NCBI GenBank assembly: GCA_028345295.1
Contig: JAOMDA010000005.1
Location: 1,117 to 65,116, forward strand
Direction of reading: 5' to 3'
DNA: 64,000 nucleotides
Source of the DNA: Candidatus Nitrosopelagicus sp.
Lineage (GTDB): Archaea > Thermoproteota > Nitrososphaeria > Nitrososphaerales > Nitrosopumilaceae
Below, piece after piece: positions 1 through 9,632 of the stretch. The stretch's first letter is position 1; every line of letters begins with the position of its first letter. The translations under genes and the position numbers were made by a program. The notes under the pieces were generated by a model that made no database searches, was not told the DNA's origin, and worked only from the letters and a program-made list of their open reading frames with translations.

Positions 1-312
1 AGTGGGAAGCTCAAAAAGAAGGATATGATCAAAGTAGAGGGAAGATTCCTAGAAGATGATGATACCAATAAACTTGCAGTTATTGCCCCATCATCAACTG
101 TCAATATAATCAAAGATTACAAACTTGTAGAAAAGAGACGTGTCTCTTTACCAAATGAAATTGATAGAATTTTTAGATGCTCTAATCCTGATTGTGTTAC
201 AAATAGTAATGAGCGAATTGAATCTATAATGGATGTAATGGACAAAGAGACTCTCATACTAAAATGCAGATATTGCAGTAGACTGTTAGATGTAAGTAAA
301 ATCAAATATTAA
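1..312 (+). CDS. pyrI: Aspartate carbamoyltransferase regulatory subunit (5'-truncated by the window edge)
   Basis: Frame is open from base 1; KDMIKVEG, IAPSSTVNII, Zn ligands CSNPDC..LKCRYC. Confidence 0.93.
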   Translation, partial: SGKLKKKDMIKVEGRFLEDDDTNKLAVIAPSSTVNIIKDYKLVEKRRVSLPNEIDRIFRCSNPDCVTNSNERIESIMDVMDKETLILKCRYCSRLLDVSKIKY

Positions 313-315
313 ACT

Positions 316-338
316 TGGATTTTATAGAATAAAATCAA
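316..338. terminator. Hairpin between convergent pyrI and V-type atpI
   Basis: gattttat(318-325)-aga-ataaaatc(329-336) inverted repeat at the convergent junction; terminator role is inferred. Confidence 0.3.
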
Positions 339-2392
339 CTTTTCTTTTTTACTGGGTTTGGTTGTTCAAACTGATATTGCTCTTTTGTAAATTTACGTTC
401 AGACCCAAAAGGTTGGAATTTTCTTCCATTTCCACGATAGAATTTTGAGAAAAACTCTACATAGATCAGTCTTGCACCCTGTATTCCTGGTTCAAATACA
501 CCAATTATTGTGTTAAACAGATGTCCAACTATTAGTATGAACGTACCAAGAATGATAAACGGTAATGAAATGTTCAATGCTTTAAGGAAAATGAAATCTA
601 TAGTATGTGCAAGAATTACTGATGCTAGTAGAATTCCAATTAATCTTGTATAGGAAAGTATGTGACTTACTATTGTTGGTAATTCCATTAAAGCTCTTAT
701 TCCCTCACCAACAAACATCAATCCAATTCCTCCAAATAGTAATCCAAAGTAAGCGAACCCCATCGGATTTTCCATTGGATTCATGCCTTCACCACGAATT
801 ATTGCTAAACCAAATGTAACTACACCCCAACCAAACAACAACCAACCCATTTTTCCCATAGCTTCACGTTTCTCGCCTTCGCGTAGGGCGTTCAATATAC
901 CAAAAATCAAACCCAAAGAGACCATACCGATTCCAATGTATCCACTCCAAAGTAGAAGTTGTCCAGCATTATGAACAGGATCTAGAAATGCTTGTGAAGG
1001 TCTGTTTAGTATTTCACCAGCTTCTGGAACCCATGAACCACTAATTCCCACAGTTGCAAGAGCATCAAAGACATATCCATTTAGATGAAAACCAAAGTGT
1101 AAATCAAATATCACGCCTAGAACTATTCCAACAATACATCCTGGAATCATAGATTTTGCAAGTTTAAGCATTTGTCTTTCACGCAAAATTAAAAGACCAA
1201 ACTCTTTGAGCGGTTTTGGCATAATGTTAATTCTTGATTTGTACTGAATACGTCTAATTACCCATACACAAACAAGAAGTATAACAAGACAATAGCCAGT
1301 ATCGCCAATCATTAATCCATAAAACACTGGGAAAACTAATGCAAAGATTAGTGTTGGATCAAACTCATTACCTTTTGGATATGAATAGAATCGTATGAAC
1401 GATTCAAATAATCTATACCATTTTGGGTTATGAAACAACGTTGGGGGATGTTCCTCTGTTTTCATTTTAAAAATTGAAGCACCACTATCAGATTTTTTTA
1501 GTGTTGATTCAATCTGATCTATTTTTTTCTTTGGTGCCCATCCTTCTAATGCAAATGCATCTGTAGTTACACCTAAAGTGGAAATAACTTCTAGTTTTTT
1601 ATTTTCAATTTGTAATTGCTCTTCAGCAGTTACCAGATCTGCATAATGTTCATCAGAAATTTTCATCAGTTTGGCATCAATATCTTTTAGTTTTTGATTT
1701 AAATCTGTAAGATTAGATTGTTCTTGATTTGTAATTTCAGTTGGTGTTCCATCTAGATTTGGTACAGGTTCAATTTTGGCATTATGATTTTGAATAATAT
1801 TTGCAAAATCTTGTGGTGAGATATTCGGAAAAACAGTAATAACGAAATAAGATAATTTTTTCTCAGCTTTTGCATAAAAGAAAATATCATTTCTGTGTTG
1901 CGTTATTTCTTTTTTTAACTCATCGAATTTCTTTGATTCTATACTACCAAAATAGGAATTTGTGTTTTTTAATTGTAAGACATTAAGATTCTCAGGAAAA
2001 AAATTAAATTTTTCAACAAGTTTGATATTATTTTCAGTTTCTCTAATTTGTGTTAGAAGAGATTCTTTTTCTTTTTCAAGTGAGGCAACATCGTCATCAA
2101 TTTTTATTCCATCTGCAAATTCAATAACTTTAGTTATTGACTCAAAACCTTTGTTAGATTCAACAGATTTTTCTGGTACTACTGTCAGTAATGCTCTAAT
2201 ACGCAACAATTGGTCCGAAATTTGCCTAGTTAATTCATTGTCACGCTCATTTCTTAGATGTGTTGATGCATCTTTTGATAATGGTTCTATCTGTAATACT
2301 TCAAGATCGTGTAAAATTGAAATTACGGATTGTCTGTTTTTTCTTAAACCTATAATGGCAATCTTCTCCATTGGAACAGGTTTGAGAACCAT
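335..2392 (-). CDS. atpI: V-type (acquired) ATPase subunit I (a)
   Basis: 685 aa; EGWAPKK, PPTLFHNP, FDPTLIFALVFPVFYGLMIGD, essential Arg in SYTRL, RLIYVEFFSKFY. Confidence 0.95.
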   Translation of the reverse strand: MVLKPVPMEKIAIIGLRKNRQSVISILHDLEVLQIEPLSKDASTHLRNERDNELTRQISDQLLRIRALLTVVPEKSVESNKGFESITKVIEFADGIKIDDDVASLEKEKESLLTQIRETENNIKLVEKFNFFPENLNVLQLKNTNSYFGSIESKKFDELKKEITQHRNDIFFYAKAEKKLSYFVITVFPNISPQDFANIIQNHNAKIEPVPNLDGTPTEITNQEQSNLTDLNQKLKDIDAKLMKISDEHYADLVTAEEQLQIENKKLEVISTLGVTTDAFALEGWAPKKKIDQIESTLKKSDSGASIFKMKTEEHPPTLFHNPKWYRLFESFIRFYSYPKGNEFDPTLIFALVFPVFYGLMIGDTGYCLVILLVCVWVIRRIQYKSRINIMPKPLKEFGLLILRERQMLKLAKSMIPGCIVGIVLGVIFDLHFGFHLNGYVFDALATVGISGSWVPEAGEILNRPSQAFLDPVHNAGQLLLWSGYIGIGMVSLGLIFGILNALREGEKREAMGKMGWLLFGWGVVTFGLAIIRGEGMNPMENPMGFAYFGLLFGGIGLMFVGEGIRALMELPTIVSHILSYTRLIGILLASVILAHTIDFIFLKALNISLPFIILGTFILIVGHLFNTIIGVFEPGIQGARLIYVEFFSKFYRGNGRKFQPFGSERKFTKEQYQFEQPNPVKKKS

Positions 2393-2727
2393 TATTTCAT
2401 ACCTTTTAATAAAATGTTAATAATCTCCTGATTATTTTGTGCATGTATTTCTGAAACAATATTTTCAGCCTTTGTCTTTGCATCTTCAATCAGCTTGTTA
2501 GTTTCAGTGTTAGCTTTCTCTCTTGCTTTTTCAATACTTGAATCTACTAATTTTTCGCCTTTTGATTTAGCATCGGTAACCGAACTTTGTAATTCAGATT
2601 CTAAAGTTTGAATTTTTATTTCAGATTCCTTTTTGTACTTGTCTATTTCTTTTTGTGTTTTATCTTCAAGATCTTTTATTTTTTTGATCGATTGGAGATA
2701 TTGTTCCTGACTTTCTAATTTTACCAC
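2392..2727 (-). CDS. atpH: V-type ATPase subunit H/G (peripheral stalk)
   Basis: 111 aa Lys/Glu-rich coiled coil directly upstream of atpI; stop overlaps the atpI start (TAATG). Confidence 0.8.
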   Translation of the reverse strand: MVKLESQEQYLQSIKKIKDLEDKTQKEIDKYKKESEIKIQTLESELQSSVTDAKSKGEKLVDSSIEKAREKANTETNKLIEDAKTKAENIVSEIHAQNNQEIINILLKGMK

Positions 2728-2852
2728 CCTCCTAGATAATTTTTAATTAAATAAACTCCTAAAACTACAGCAGCACCAATGTTAATCATCTTCATCATTC
2801 TTTTGATGTAATAGAATTTTTTTTGTTCTGGATTTGCAAAATTATTCTGCAA
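2721..2852 (-). CDS. 43-aa single-TM microprotein inside the V-type operon (MQNNFANPEQKKFYYIKRMMKMINIGAAVVLGVYLIKNYLGGW)
   Basis: Translated by hand; TTG at 2852 with GGAGG 9 nt upstream; overlaps the atpD stop and the atpH start, filling the gap exactly. Confidence 0.75.
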   Translation of the reverse strand: MQNNFANPEQKKFYYIKRMMKMINIGAAVVLGVYLIKNYLGGW

Positions 2853-3507
2853 TGATAGATGCCTCCTTTTCTGATTGTTTTTCTCTTTCACCCATCTTAC
2901 GTTTTACTGTTTTGAGCATTGTGAAGGTATCACGTTCCATTTCTTCTAATCTAAACGTGATAAATTTTACTGCAGCTTGTAATCCTGGAATGAAAACATT
3001 TTCGATGGCATTAGCTTTACGTTTTGTCTTATCAATTTCATAGAGAAGTTTTCGTAGTGTGGTTTCCTTCTCTGCAACATCTAGTACAATTTTATGAACT
3101 TCTTGAAATGCTTTCATTGCTTCACTTATTGAAACTGGAATTTCTAGTAAGTATTCCGTAAGTGCTTGTTCTCTTGTACCACCTTCTAGTTTTGGAATGC
3201 TAACACCCATTACATTTTTTGGTGTAATTAGTAATTTTTTTAATTGGGGAATTTTCATTGCTTCATTTTCTAGCCTCATTTCTCCATCAAGCATTTCAGC
3301 CATACGAATACTTTGATATCCCTTATCGAGTTCTAATTGTAATTCACTTCTTAATCTCGAAGAAGCCTTACTAATGTTAAAAAATTCCAAGATTAGTGCC
3401 TGACGTTTGAGTTTTAAGAGTTTCAATCCTTTTTGTGCGATTTTGATTCGTCTTTTTGCACGTAAATATTCAAGACGTGTTGGACGAATATCTCCACTAG
3501 ATGGAAT
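2842..3507 (-). CDS. atpD: V-type ATPase subunit D (start extended to ATT 3507)
   Basis: The conserved D-subunit N-terminus (IRPTRLE) lies upstream of the track's TTG 3426; TKRKANAIENVFIP; in-frame TGA at 3525-3523. Confidence 0.9.
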   Translation of the reverse strand: MPSSGDIRPTRLEYLRAKRRIKIAQKGLKLLKLKRQALILEFFNISKASSRLRSELQLELDKGYQSIRMAEMLDGEMRLENEAMKIPQLKKLLITPKNVMGVSIPKLEGGTREQALTEYLLEIPVSISEAMKAFQEVHKIVLDVAEKETTLRKLLYEIDKTKRKANAIENVFIPGLQAAVKFITFRLEEMERDTFTMLKTVKRKMGEREKQSEKEASIIAE

Positions 3508-3512
3508 TTTAA

Positions 3513-4922
3513 TTACCTCCTGTCATGTGGTTTTTTCCACCACTGTGTATCCGCTTTTGCATATTTTGCAATAAATTCTGGCTTAATTCTAGTTAATTCA
3601 TTTTCTGACAAGTCACTTAGAAGTTCCCATCCTATAGAAAGAGTTTGTTCAATAGGACGGTTTTCATCAATTCCTTGATTTACAAATCTTTGTTCAAAGT
3701 TGTTTGCTACATCAAGGAATTTTCGATCCAAATCACTTAGTGCACCTTCACCAACAATTGCAGCTAAGGCTCTAGCATCTTTTCCTTGTGCATAAGCGGA
3801 ATAAAGTTGATCTGCAAGTTGTCTATGATCTTCTCTAGTTCTGCCTTCACCAATTCCTTGATTCATCAAACGTGATAAACTTGTAAGAACATCAACTGGC
3901 GGCTGTACATTTGCTCTGTGTAATTCTCTACTCATAACTATTTGTCCTTCAGTAATATATCCAGTAAGGTCTGGAATTGGATGAGTAATATCATCAGCTG
4001 GCATTGTTAAGATTGGTAATTGTGTTACTGAGCCCTTTCTACCTTTAATTTTTCCTGCTCGCTCATAGATAGAAGCCAGATCTGTATACAAGTAACCTGG
4101 GTATCCTCTTCTACCAGGAACTTCTTCTCTTGCTGCAGAAATTTCTCTTAATGCTTCACAATAATTTGTCATGTCTGTTAGAATAACAAGTACGTGCATT
4201 TCTCGTTCGTATGCAAGAAACTCTGCAGTAGTTAATGCAAGTCGTGGAGTAAGAATTCTTTCCATAGAAGGATCTGATGATAAGTTGAGAAACAAAACTG
4301 TTCTTTCTAATGCACCACTTTCTTCAAATTGTTTTATGAAAAAGTTTGATTCCTCACTAGTAATTCCTATTGCAGCAAAAACAACAGAAAAGTTTTCTTC
4401 TGTTCCAAGAACTTTTGCCTGCCTTGCAATTTGAGATGCTAATAGGTTATGGGGTAATCCAGATGCTGACATTATTGGTAGTTTCTGGCCTCTGACTAGC
4501 GTATTCATTCCATCAATATTTGATATGCCTGTCTGAATGAATTCTGATGGTTCTTCTCTTGAATATGGATTAATTCCAGAACCTACAAGATCAAATTTTT
4601 CTTTTGAAATAATCTTTGGGCCGTTATCTCTTGGATTACCTAGTCCATCAAAAACTCTACCAAGCATTTCATCAGAAACTGCTAATGTTGCAGTCTCACC
4701 AAGAAATGTTGTTGATGTGCCAGTAGTAGTTAAACCAAGAGTTTGACCAAACACTTGAACTACTGCTAATCCCTCACTGGTATCAAGAACTTGACCTTGA
4801 CGTCTCTCGCCATTTGGAAGTTTTATTTCCACCATTTCACCATATGCTGCATTATCAACTCCTTTGACAAAAATTAATGGTCCTGCAACTTTGTCAAGTG
4901 TCTTAAATGAAACGTTAGTCAT
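3513..4922 (-). CDS. atpB: V-type ATPase subunit B
   Basis: [49 protein letters not shown]. Confidence 0.97.
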   Translation of the reverse strand: MTNVSFKTLDKVAGPLIFVKGVDNAAYGEMVEIKLPNGERRQGQVLDTSEGLAVVQVFGQTLGLTTTGTSTTFLGETATLAVSDEMLGRVFDGLGNPRDNGPKIISKEKFDLVGSGINPYSREEPSEFIQTGISNIDGMNTLVRGQKLPIMSASGLPHNLLASQIARQAKVLGTEENFSVVFAAIGITSEESNFFIKQFEESGALERTVLFLNLSSDPSMERILTPRLALTTAEFLAYEREMHVLVILTDMTNYCEALREISAAREEVPGRRGYPGYLYTDLASIYERAGKIKGRKGSVTQLPILTMPADDITHPIPDLTGYITEGQIVMSRELHRANVQPPVDVLTSLSRLMNQGIGEGRTREDHRQLADQLYSAYAQGKDARALAAIVGEGALSDLDRKFLDVANNFEQRFVNQGIDENRPIEQTLSIGWELLSDLSENELTRIKPEFIAKYAKADTQWWKKPHDRR

Positions 4923-6685
4923 TAGTCAGAACTCTCCTTTGAAAGGTTTTCAGATTCTTCTTTCATCTTTGATCTTATATTACTGACCAATTGTTCTAGT
5001 TCTTCTTCTTTTGTCCATTTCATTTTTGGAATCATTCCTCTTGATTCAAGTGAGCTTACTTTTACTGCAGTAATTCCTTTCTTAATCAATTCATCTTCCA
5101 TCTTACCAAATTCTAAAATTACTGAAAGCATCTGATATTGTTTTTGTATTGATGTGTATGTATCAACATCATCAAATGCACTTTGTTGAAGATAGTCTTC
5201 CCGTATTGAACGTGCTGTGTCTAAAATTCCTTTTTCTGGTTCTGGAAGTGCATCATATCCGACAAGTTGAACAATTTCTTGTAACTCTGCTTCTTTTTGT
5301 AAAATATCTAGAGCGGCGGTTCTGTTACTAATCCATTCCTTAGAGACATTAGATTTGTACCATTCTGCCAAATCATCAATATACAATGAATAACTAGTTA
5401 ACCAATTAATGGATGGAAAATGTCTTCTTGATGCTAAGCTTGCATCAAGACCCCAGAATACCCTTGTTACCCTCAATGTGTTTTGTGATACTGGTTCTGA
5501 AAAATCTCCACCTGGAGGTGATACTGCACCAACCAACGACAAGGAACCCTGACGCGATTCAGGAGATGTAACAATACATTTTCCTCCACGCTCGTAAAAT
5601 TCTGCTAGTCTTCTTCCAAGATATGCAGGGTATCCTTCTTCACCTGGCATCTCTTCCAGTCTACCAGAGATTTCTCTTAGTGCTTCTGCCCATCTTGAAG
5701 TACTATCTGCCATTAGTGCAACACCATAACCCATATCACGATAATATTCACCCATGGTAATTCCAGTATAGACACTTGCCTCTCTTGCTGCTACTGGCAT
5801 GTTTGAAGTGTTAGCAACTAGAATTGTTCTTTCCATTAGAGGTCGTTTTGTTTTTGGATCTTCTAGCTTTGGAAATGATGAAAGAACATCACACATTTCA
5901 TTTCCCCGTTCACCACAACCAACATACACAATTACTTCACTATCTGCCCATTTTGCAAGCTGTTGCTGTGTGACAGTTTTTCCACTACCAAAAGGACCCG
6001 GAATTGCAGCAGTTCCTCCTTTTGCAACTGGGAAGAATGTATCAACAACTCGCTGGCCTGTTAGTAATGGTTCCTCTGGAGGTAATTTTCTAAGAACTGG
6101 TCTAGGAATTCTGACAGTCCACCAATGTGATAACGCAACATCAGTTGTTTTACCATTCTTTACTGATGCAACAGTTTCATTAACATTAAATTGCCCTTCT
6201 GAAATATCTGACAGTTTTCCAGAAATATCATGTGGTATCATAATTTTGTGTTTAATTAATGGAGTTTCTTGAACTTCACCTATTATGTCACCTGGTTCTA
6301 CATCATCACCATTTTTCTTAATTGGAATAAATTCCCATTTTTTAGTTTGATCTAATGCGGGAATTACTTTTCCTCTACTGATAAAATCACCACTTTCTTC
6401 TCTTAATTTATCCAATGGTCTCTGAATACCGTCATAAATTGACGTTAGCAAACCCGGACCAAGCTGTAACGATAGTGGTTTGTTTGTATTTACCACATTT
6501 TCTCCAGGTTTCAGACCAGTAGTATCTTCGTATACCTGAATCATTGCACTGTTCCCTTCTAAACGAATTATCTCGCCTACAAGACCCATCTCACCAATTC
6601 TGACTATATCAAATAATTGTGCACCATCTAGATCTTTGGCTACCACAACAGGTCCAGAAATTCTTGCAACTGTAGCATCTACCAT
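4922..6685 (-). CDS. atpA: V-type ATPase catalytic subunit A
   Basis: Walker [37 protein letters not shown]. Confidence 0.97.
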   Translation of the reverse strand: MVDATVARISGPVVVAKDLDGAQLFDIVRIGEMGLVGEIIRLEGNSAMIQVYEDTTGLKPGENVVNTNKPLSLQLGPGLLTSIYDGIQRPLDKLREESGDFISRGKVIPALDQTKKWEFIPIKKNGDDVEPGDIIGEVQETPLIKHKIMIPHDISGKLSDISEGQFNVNETVASVKNGKTTDVALSHWWTVRIPRPVLRKLPPEEPLLTGQRVVDTFFPVAKGGTAAIPGPFGSGKTVTQQQLAKWADSEVIVYVGCGERGNEMCDVLSSFPKLEDPKTKRPLMERTILVANTSNMPVAAREASVYTGITMGEYYRDMGYGVALMADSTSRWAEALREISGRLEEMPGEEGYPAYLGRRLAEFYERGGKCIVTSPESRQGSLSLVGAVSPPGGDFSEPVSQNTLRVTRVFWGLDASLASRRHFPSINWLTSYSLYIDDLAEWYKSNVSKEWISNRTAALDILQKEAELQEIVQLVGYDALPEPEKGILDTARSIREDYLQQSAFDDVDTYTSIQKQYQMLSVILEFGKMEDELIKKGITAVKVSSLESRGMIPKMKWTKEEELEQLVSNIRSKMKEESENLSKESSD

Positions 6686-6692
6686 TTTTTCA

Positions 6693-7046
6693 TCAACTTA
6701 CCTCTATCTTAATCCCAAGAATGCGTTTTGCCAGAGAAGCAATCGACTCTTCTTCGCCTGTGCTTTCTTTGTGTGATGGCATGAATAATACTAATGGTTC
6801 AATTGATTCTTCAATTTTTGACAGGAATTTTGGAGGAAGTTTACTGCGAACAGAATCACTTGCAATAATTAATCCAAAACTTCCTGAAGAGTAAAGTTCT
6901 TGAATTTTTTTACTTGCATCTTCATTATCGGTGATGAAAGTGTCATCTATTCCAATTAGACGATATCCAATTACTAGCTCACGGTCTCCTACTATTGCTA
7001 GTTTTCCAGATGTATCTGACTTTTGTTTAAAAGATTGTTCACTCAT
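6693..7046 (-). CDS. atpF: V-type ATPase subunit F
   Basis: LAIVGDRELVIGYRLIGI N-terminal signature; position between C and A. Confidence 0.9.
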   Translation of the reverse strand: MSEQSFKQKSDTSGKLAIVGDRELVIGYRLIGIDDTFITDNEDASKKIQELYSSGSFGLIIASDSVRSKLPPKFLSKIEESIEPLVLFMPSHKESTGEEESIASLAKRILGIKIEVS

Positions 7047-8107
7047 AGTAATAACATCTCCTTGATCTTATCTGTTGAAAGTTCGTAACGCTTTCCGTAC
7101 ATTATTCTTTTTAGATTTTCATGTTCGTATTCTGCATTATACATAAAATAAAAAATTGTTCCAATTGATAATGCAATATTTTTTAATTTCTTGACAAAGT
7201 TTGTATTGATTAATTTTGTTAGTGCAATTTCAAAGACAATCAAGCTCTGATTAGTCTTGTATTGCTCAAGTGCATCACTTAGCTTAAAGTATGATTCTGT
7301 TCTTCCAATAATTTCTACAACATCCTTTACCTCATAGATATCAAGTAATTCTTTTGTTGAAATTCTTCCACCGTTAACAAGGTGGTTGGATAAGATTTCT
7401 TTTTCTACGTTAGATTCTTTTGCTTTAAGCAGATTTAGTATGTTTTTCTTATCAATTTCTGCTCGAATTAATTCCCTAAGTGTGCCTTCATCACCTTGAA
7501 AGAATTTTAATGATTCGAGTAATTTTTGATAATAAGATTCGTGTACGGCAGACATCATTGGACCAAGATCACCTGTCTTTTGAAATTCATCCAGATATTT
7601 CATCATGATTACACCATAATCATATTTTGTGAGTTTGTTTACTACACCTTCAACATTTGTTTCAGCTAGAATTATTTTGATTTCATCATGTGGAATTACA
7701 CCTGCAGCAATTCCAGCAGGAACATTGCGGCTAGAGACAAGTAATGATTCTGTCTCTGTAATTGGCCTTCCCATCATTTTTGAGGATAAAATCAATTCAA
7801 TATTGTAAAGATCCCATTTTGAAAGAAAAGTTACTACTGCATTTTTTCCACTGAATGGAACTGCCTCTAAAATTATTTTGTTTGTTTCAACAAGATGACG
7901 ATTTAATGCCACCTCTAATAGTTCTGCTCCTTGGTAAACTGATGCGGAATTTTTTATTGGTGTACCATACCACGTAGATTCTAACTGCTTTATCATGTCA
8001 TTTACATCACTTGCTTTTAGAAGGTTCAACACAAATTCTTCAGAAAGAAAACTTATGGAAATTGATTGTAATCTACCAAATGAAGATGAATATTGTGATG
8101 TGCCCAT
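7043..8107 (-). CDS. atpC: V-type ATPase subunit C (d)
   Basis: 354 aa helical; WDLYNIELILSSK, EIDKKNILNLLKAK, EYEHENLKRI. Confidence 0.9.
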   Translation of the reverse strand: MGTSQYSSSFGRLQSISISFLSEEFVLNLLKASDVNDMIKQLESTWYGTPIKNSASVYQGAELLEVALNRHLVETNKIILEAVPFSGKNAVVTFLSKWDLYNIELILSSKMMGRPITETESLLVSSRNVPAGIAAGVIPHDEIKIILAETNVEGVVNKLTKYDYGVIMMKYLDEFQKTGDLGPMMSAVHESYYQKLLESLKFFQGDEGTLRELIRAEIDKKNILNLLKAKESNVEKEILSNHLVNGGRISTKELLDIYEVKDVVEIIGRTESYFKLSDALEQYKTNQSLIVFEIALTKLINTNFVKKLKNIALSIGTIFYFMYNAEYEHENLKRIMYGKRYELSTDKIKEMLLL

Positions 8108-8664
8108 TACAAAATCTTCTCCAATATTGAAGATTTGATCTCATCTTCGTTAGTTCGTAATAATTCCTCAAATGTTAGATCTAGTTCTTTTGTTCCATCA
8201 TCGTTTTCTGCAATTATTCCTCCTATGGTTTGTATGGATGATCCTACCGTAACATCTGAAATATTAAAAAGTGATTTATCCTCTTCCTTACAGTGTACTG
8301 TGATTTTCTTTCCTAGTTCTTTTTGACATGTTTTAATCATTTGTTCTACTGCAGATTTGTATTCTGAATTTGTCGTGTATTTTACAAGATCTTCTTTTAT
8401 TATGTTAAATGTTGAATTTAGATTTTTGTTGATGGCAGCAAATAAAATTTTCTTGGCGTCAAGTTTTCCACCTTCAATAATTCTTGCAGATTCTCTGTCT
8501 GATCTTATTTTTGACTCCTTTTCATAATTTTCAGAAAGCTCCTGAAGTGTAGCATTTTTTTCTGTCTCTAGCTCAGTAGTTCTTTCCTTAAATTCATTTT
8601 CCAAAGATTCTATCTCAGTTTTTTTCCTATCTTCAATCTCTCTGATGAAAGATTCAATGCTCAT
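8107..8664 (-). CDS. atpE: V-type ATPase subunit E
   Basis: N-terminal coiled coil, C-terminal IGGIIAENDDG..LDLTFEELL. Confidence 0.88.
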   Translation of the reverse strand: MSIESFIREIEDRKKTEIESLENEFKERTTELETEKNATLQELSENYEKESKIRSDRESARIIEGGKLDAKKILFAAINKNLNSTFNIIKEDLVKYTTNSEYKSAVEQMIKTCQKELGKKITVHCKEEDKSLFNISDVTVGSSIQTIGGIIAENDDGTKELDLTFEELLRTNEDEIKSSILEKIL

Positions 8665-8675
8665 GGATTATCTCC

Positions 8676-9017
8676 CTACAATATACCGAGTAGAAGAATT
8701 ATTCCTAATACGAAACCGATGATCCAAAGTGTTTCTGGAATTACGAAGAAAAATAGTACTTGACCGAATTTTTCGGGTTTTTCTGCTATAATGCCCATAC
8801 CAGCAGCACCTATACCTTGTTGTGCATTACCAGTACCGATTAATCCACCAGCAATTGCAATTGCTGCAGCTAATGATAAAATAGGTTTTGTCAGATCGGT
8901 TCCACCGGTAGCCTCTTCTGCACCAAAGACATTTCCTGGTGACATAAATGCAAATAGTAAAATCGCACCACCCAAAACACCTAGAGTCACTCTAGATGTT
9001 TTTGATAACGCAAACAT
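8676..9017 (-). CDS. atpK: V-type ATPase proteolipid K (c), single hairpin with signal-like N-terminus
   Basis: GNAQQGIGAAGMGIIAEKPEKFG..IPETLW; ATG 9017 preferred because TATAAA lies 23 nt upstream. Confidence 0.92.
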   Translation of the reverse strand: MFALSKTSRVTLGVLGGAILLFAFMSPGNVFGAEEATGGTDLTKPILSLAAAIAIAGGLIGTGNAQQGIGAAGMGIIAEKPEKFGQVLFFFVIPETLWIIGFVLGIILLLGIL

Positions 9018-9021
9018 GCTT

Positions 9022-9045
9022 TTGTAGATCTTGTAGATGTTTATA
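9022..9045 (-). promoter_or_regulatory. Putative TATA box of the V-type operon with a tandem TTGTAGAT repeat
   Basis: TATAAA on the minus strand at 9045-9040; ttgtagat at 9022-9029 and 9031-9038. Confidence 0.45.
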
Positions 9046-9142
9046 GCATTGATCATCTCTGAAAAATTTAAAACTATGTGACAATATACTCTCTATTTGG
9101 AAAAATTTTAGAATTTTGCGATCAATTAAAAATTTGTTGTAA

Positions 9143-9457
9143 TTACTGTCCTAGGATGATAAACATCATGACAATACCGTAAATAGCAATTGATTCTACC
9201 ATTCCGATAAAGATGAATACTTTTGATTGCAATGCTGGATTTTCAGTGATAACTGCTAAACCTGCAGAACCAACATAACCCAAACCAATTCCAGCACCCA
9301 TTGCTGCAAGTCCAAATGCAAGACCAGCACCGATAAGTTTCGAGCCATCTGACATTCCTCCTGTAACTGCATCCTCTGCATATGCTACACTTGTTAAACC
9401 TGAAACAGATATTGCAAGTGTTGCCAGAAGTAAAATTGGAAGTACTTTCATTTTCAT
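9143..9457 (-). CDS. atpK: Native A-type ATPase proteolipid K (c) with signal peptide
   Basis: GAGIGLGYVGSAG..GMVESIAIYG; signal peptide ending SVAYA. Confidence 0.95.
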   Translation of the reverse strand: MKMKVLPILLLATLAISVSGLTSVAYAEDAVTGGMSDGSKLIGAGLAFGLAAMGAGIGLGYVGSAGLAVITENPALQSKVFIFIGMVESIAIYGIVMMFIILGQ

Positions 9458-9500
9458 TTTTGCTTTTTTCAGACTATATTTAAACCAACAGTTATTTTAT

Positions 9501-9632
9501 TTAGATCTGATCTAAAGTTTTCTTTTTGAATGTATCAAAATCTCTTTTGATACTAGCAGAAAAATCATTATGTTCTTTTTCTAAATTTTGTTTAGATTTT
9601 TCCAATAATTTTTTAATTTCCTCTTTTGCCAT
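9501..9632 (-). CDS. 43-aa charged helical microprotein between atpD and atpK (possible mini subunit H/G)
   Basis: Translated by hand: MAKEEIKKLLEKSKQNLEKEHNDFSASIKRDFDTFKKKTLDQI; ATG overlaps the atpD TAA. Confidence 0.7.
   Translation of the reverse strand: MAKEEIKKLLEKSKQNLEKEHNDFSASIKRDFDTFKKKTLDQI

Noticed and set aside
313-9142. Target-site duplication around the V-type operon (ttttatagaat versus ttttagaat)
   Set aside because: Short, imperfect and low-complexity AT-rich match; not distinguishable from chance
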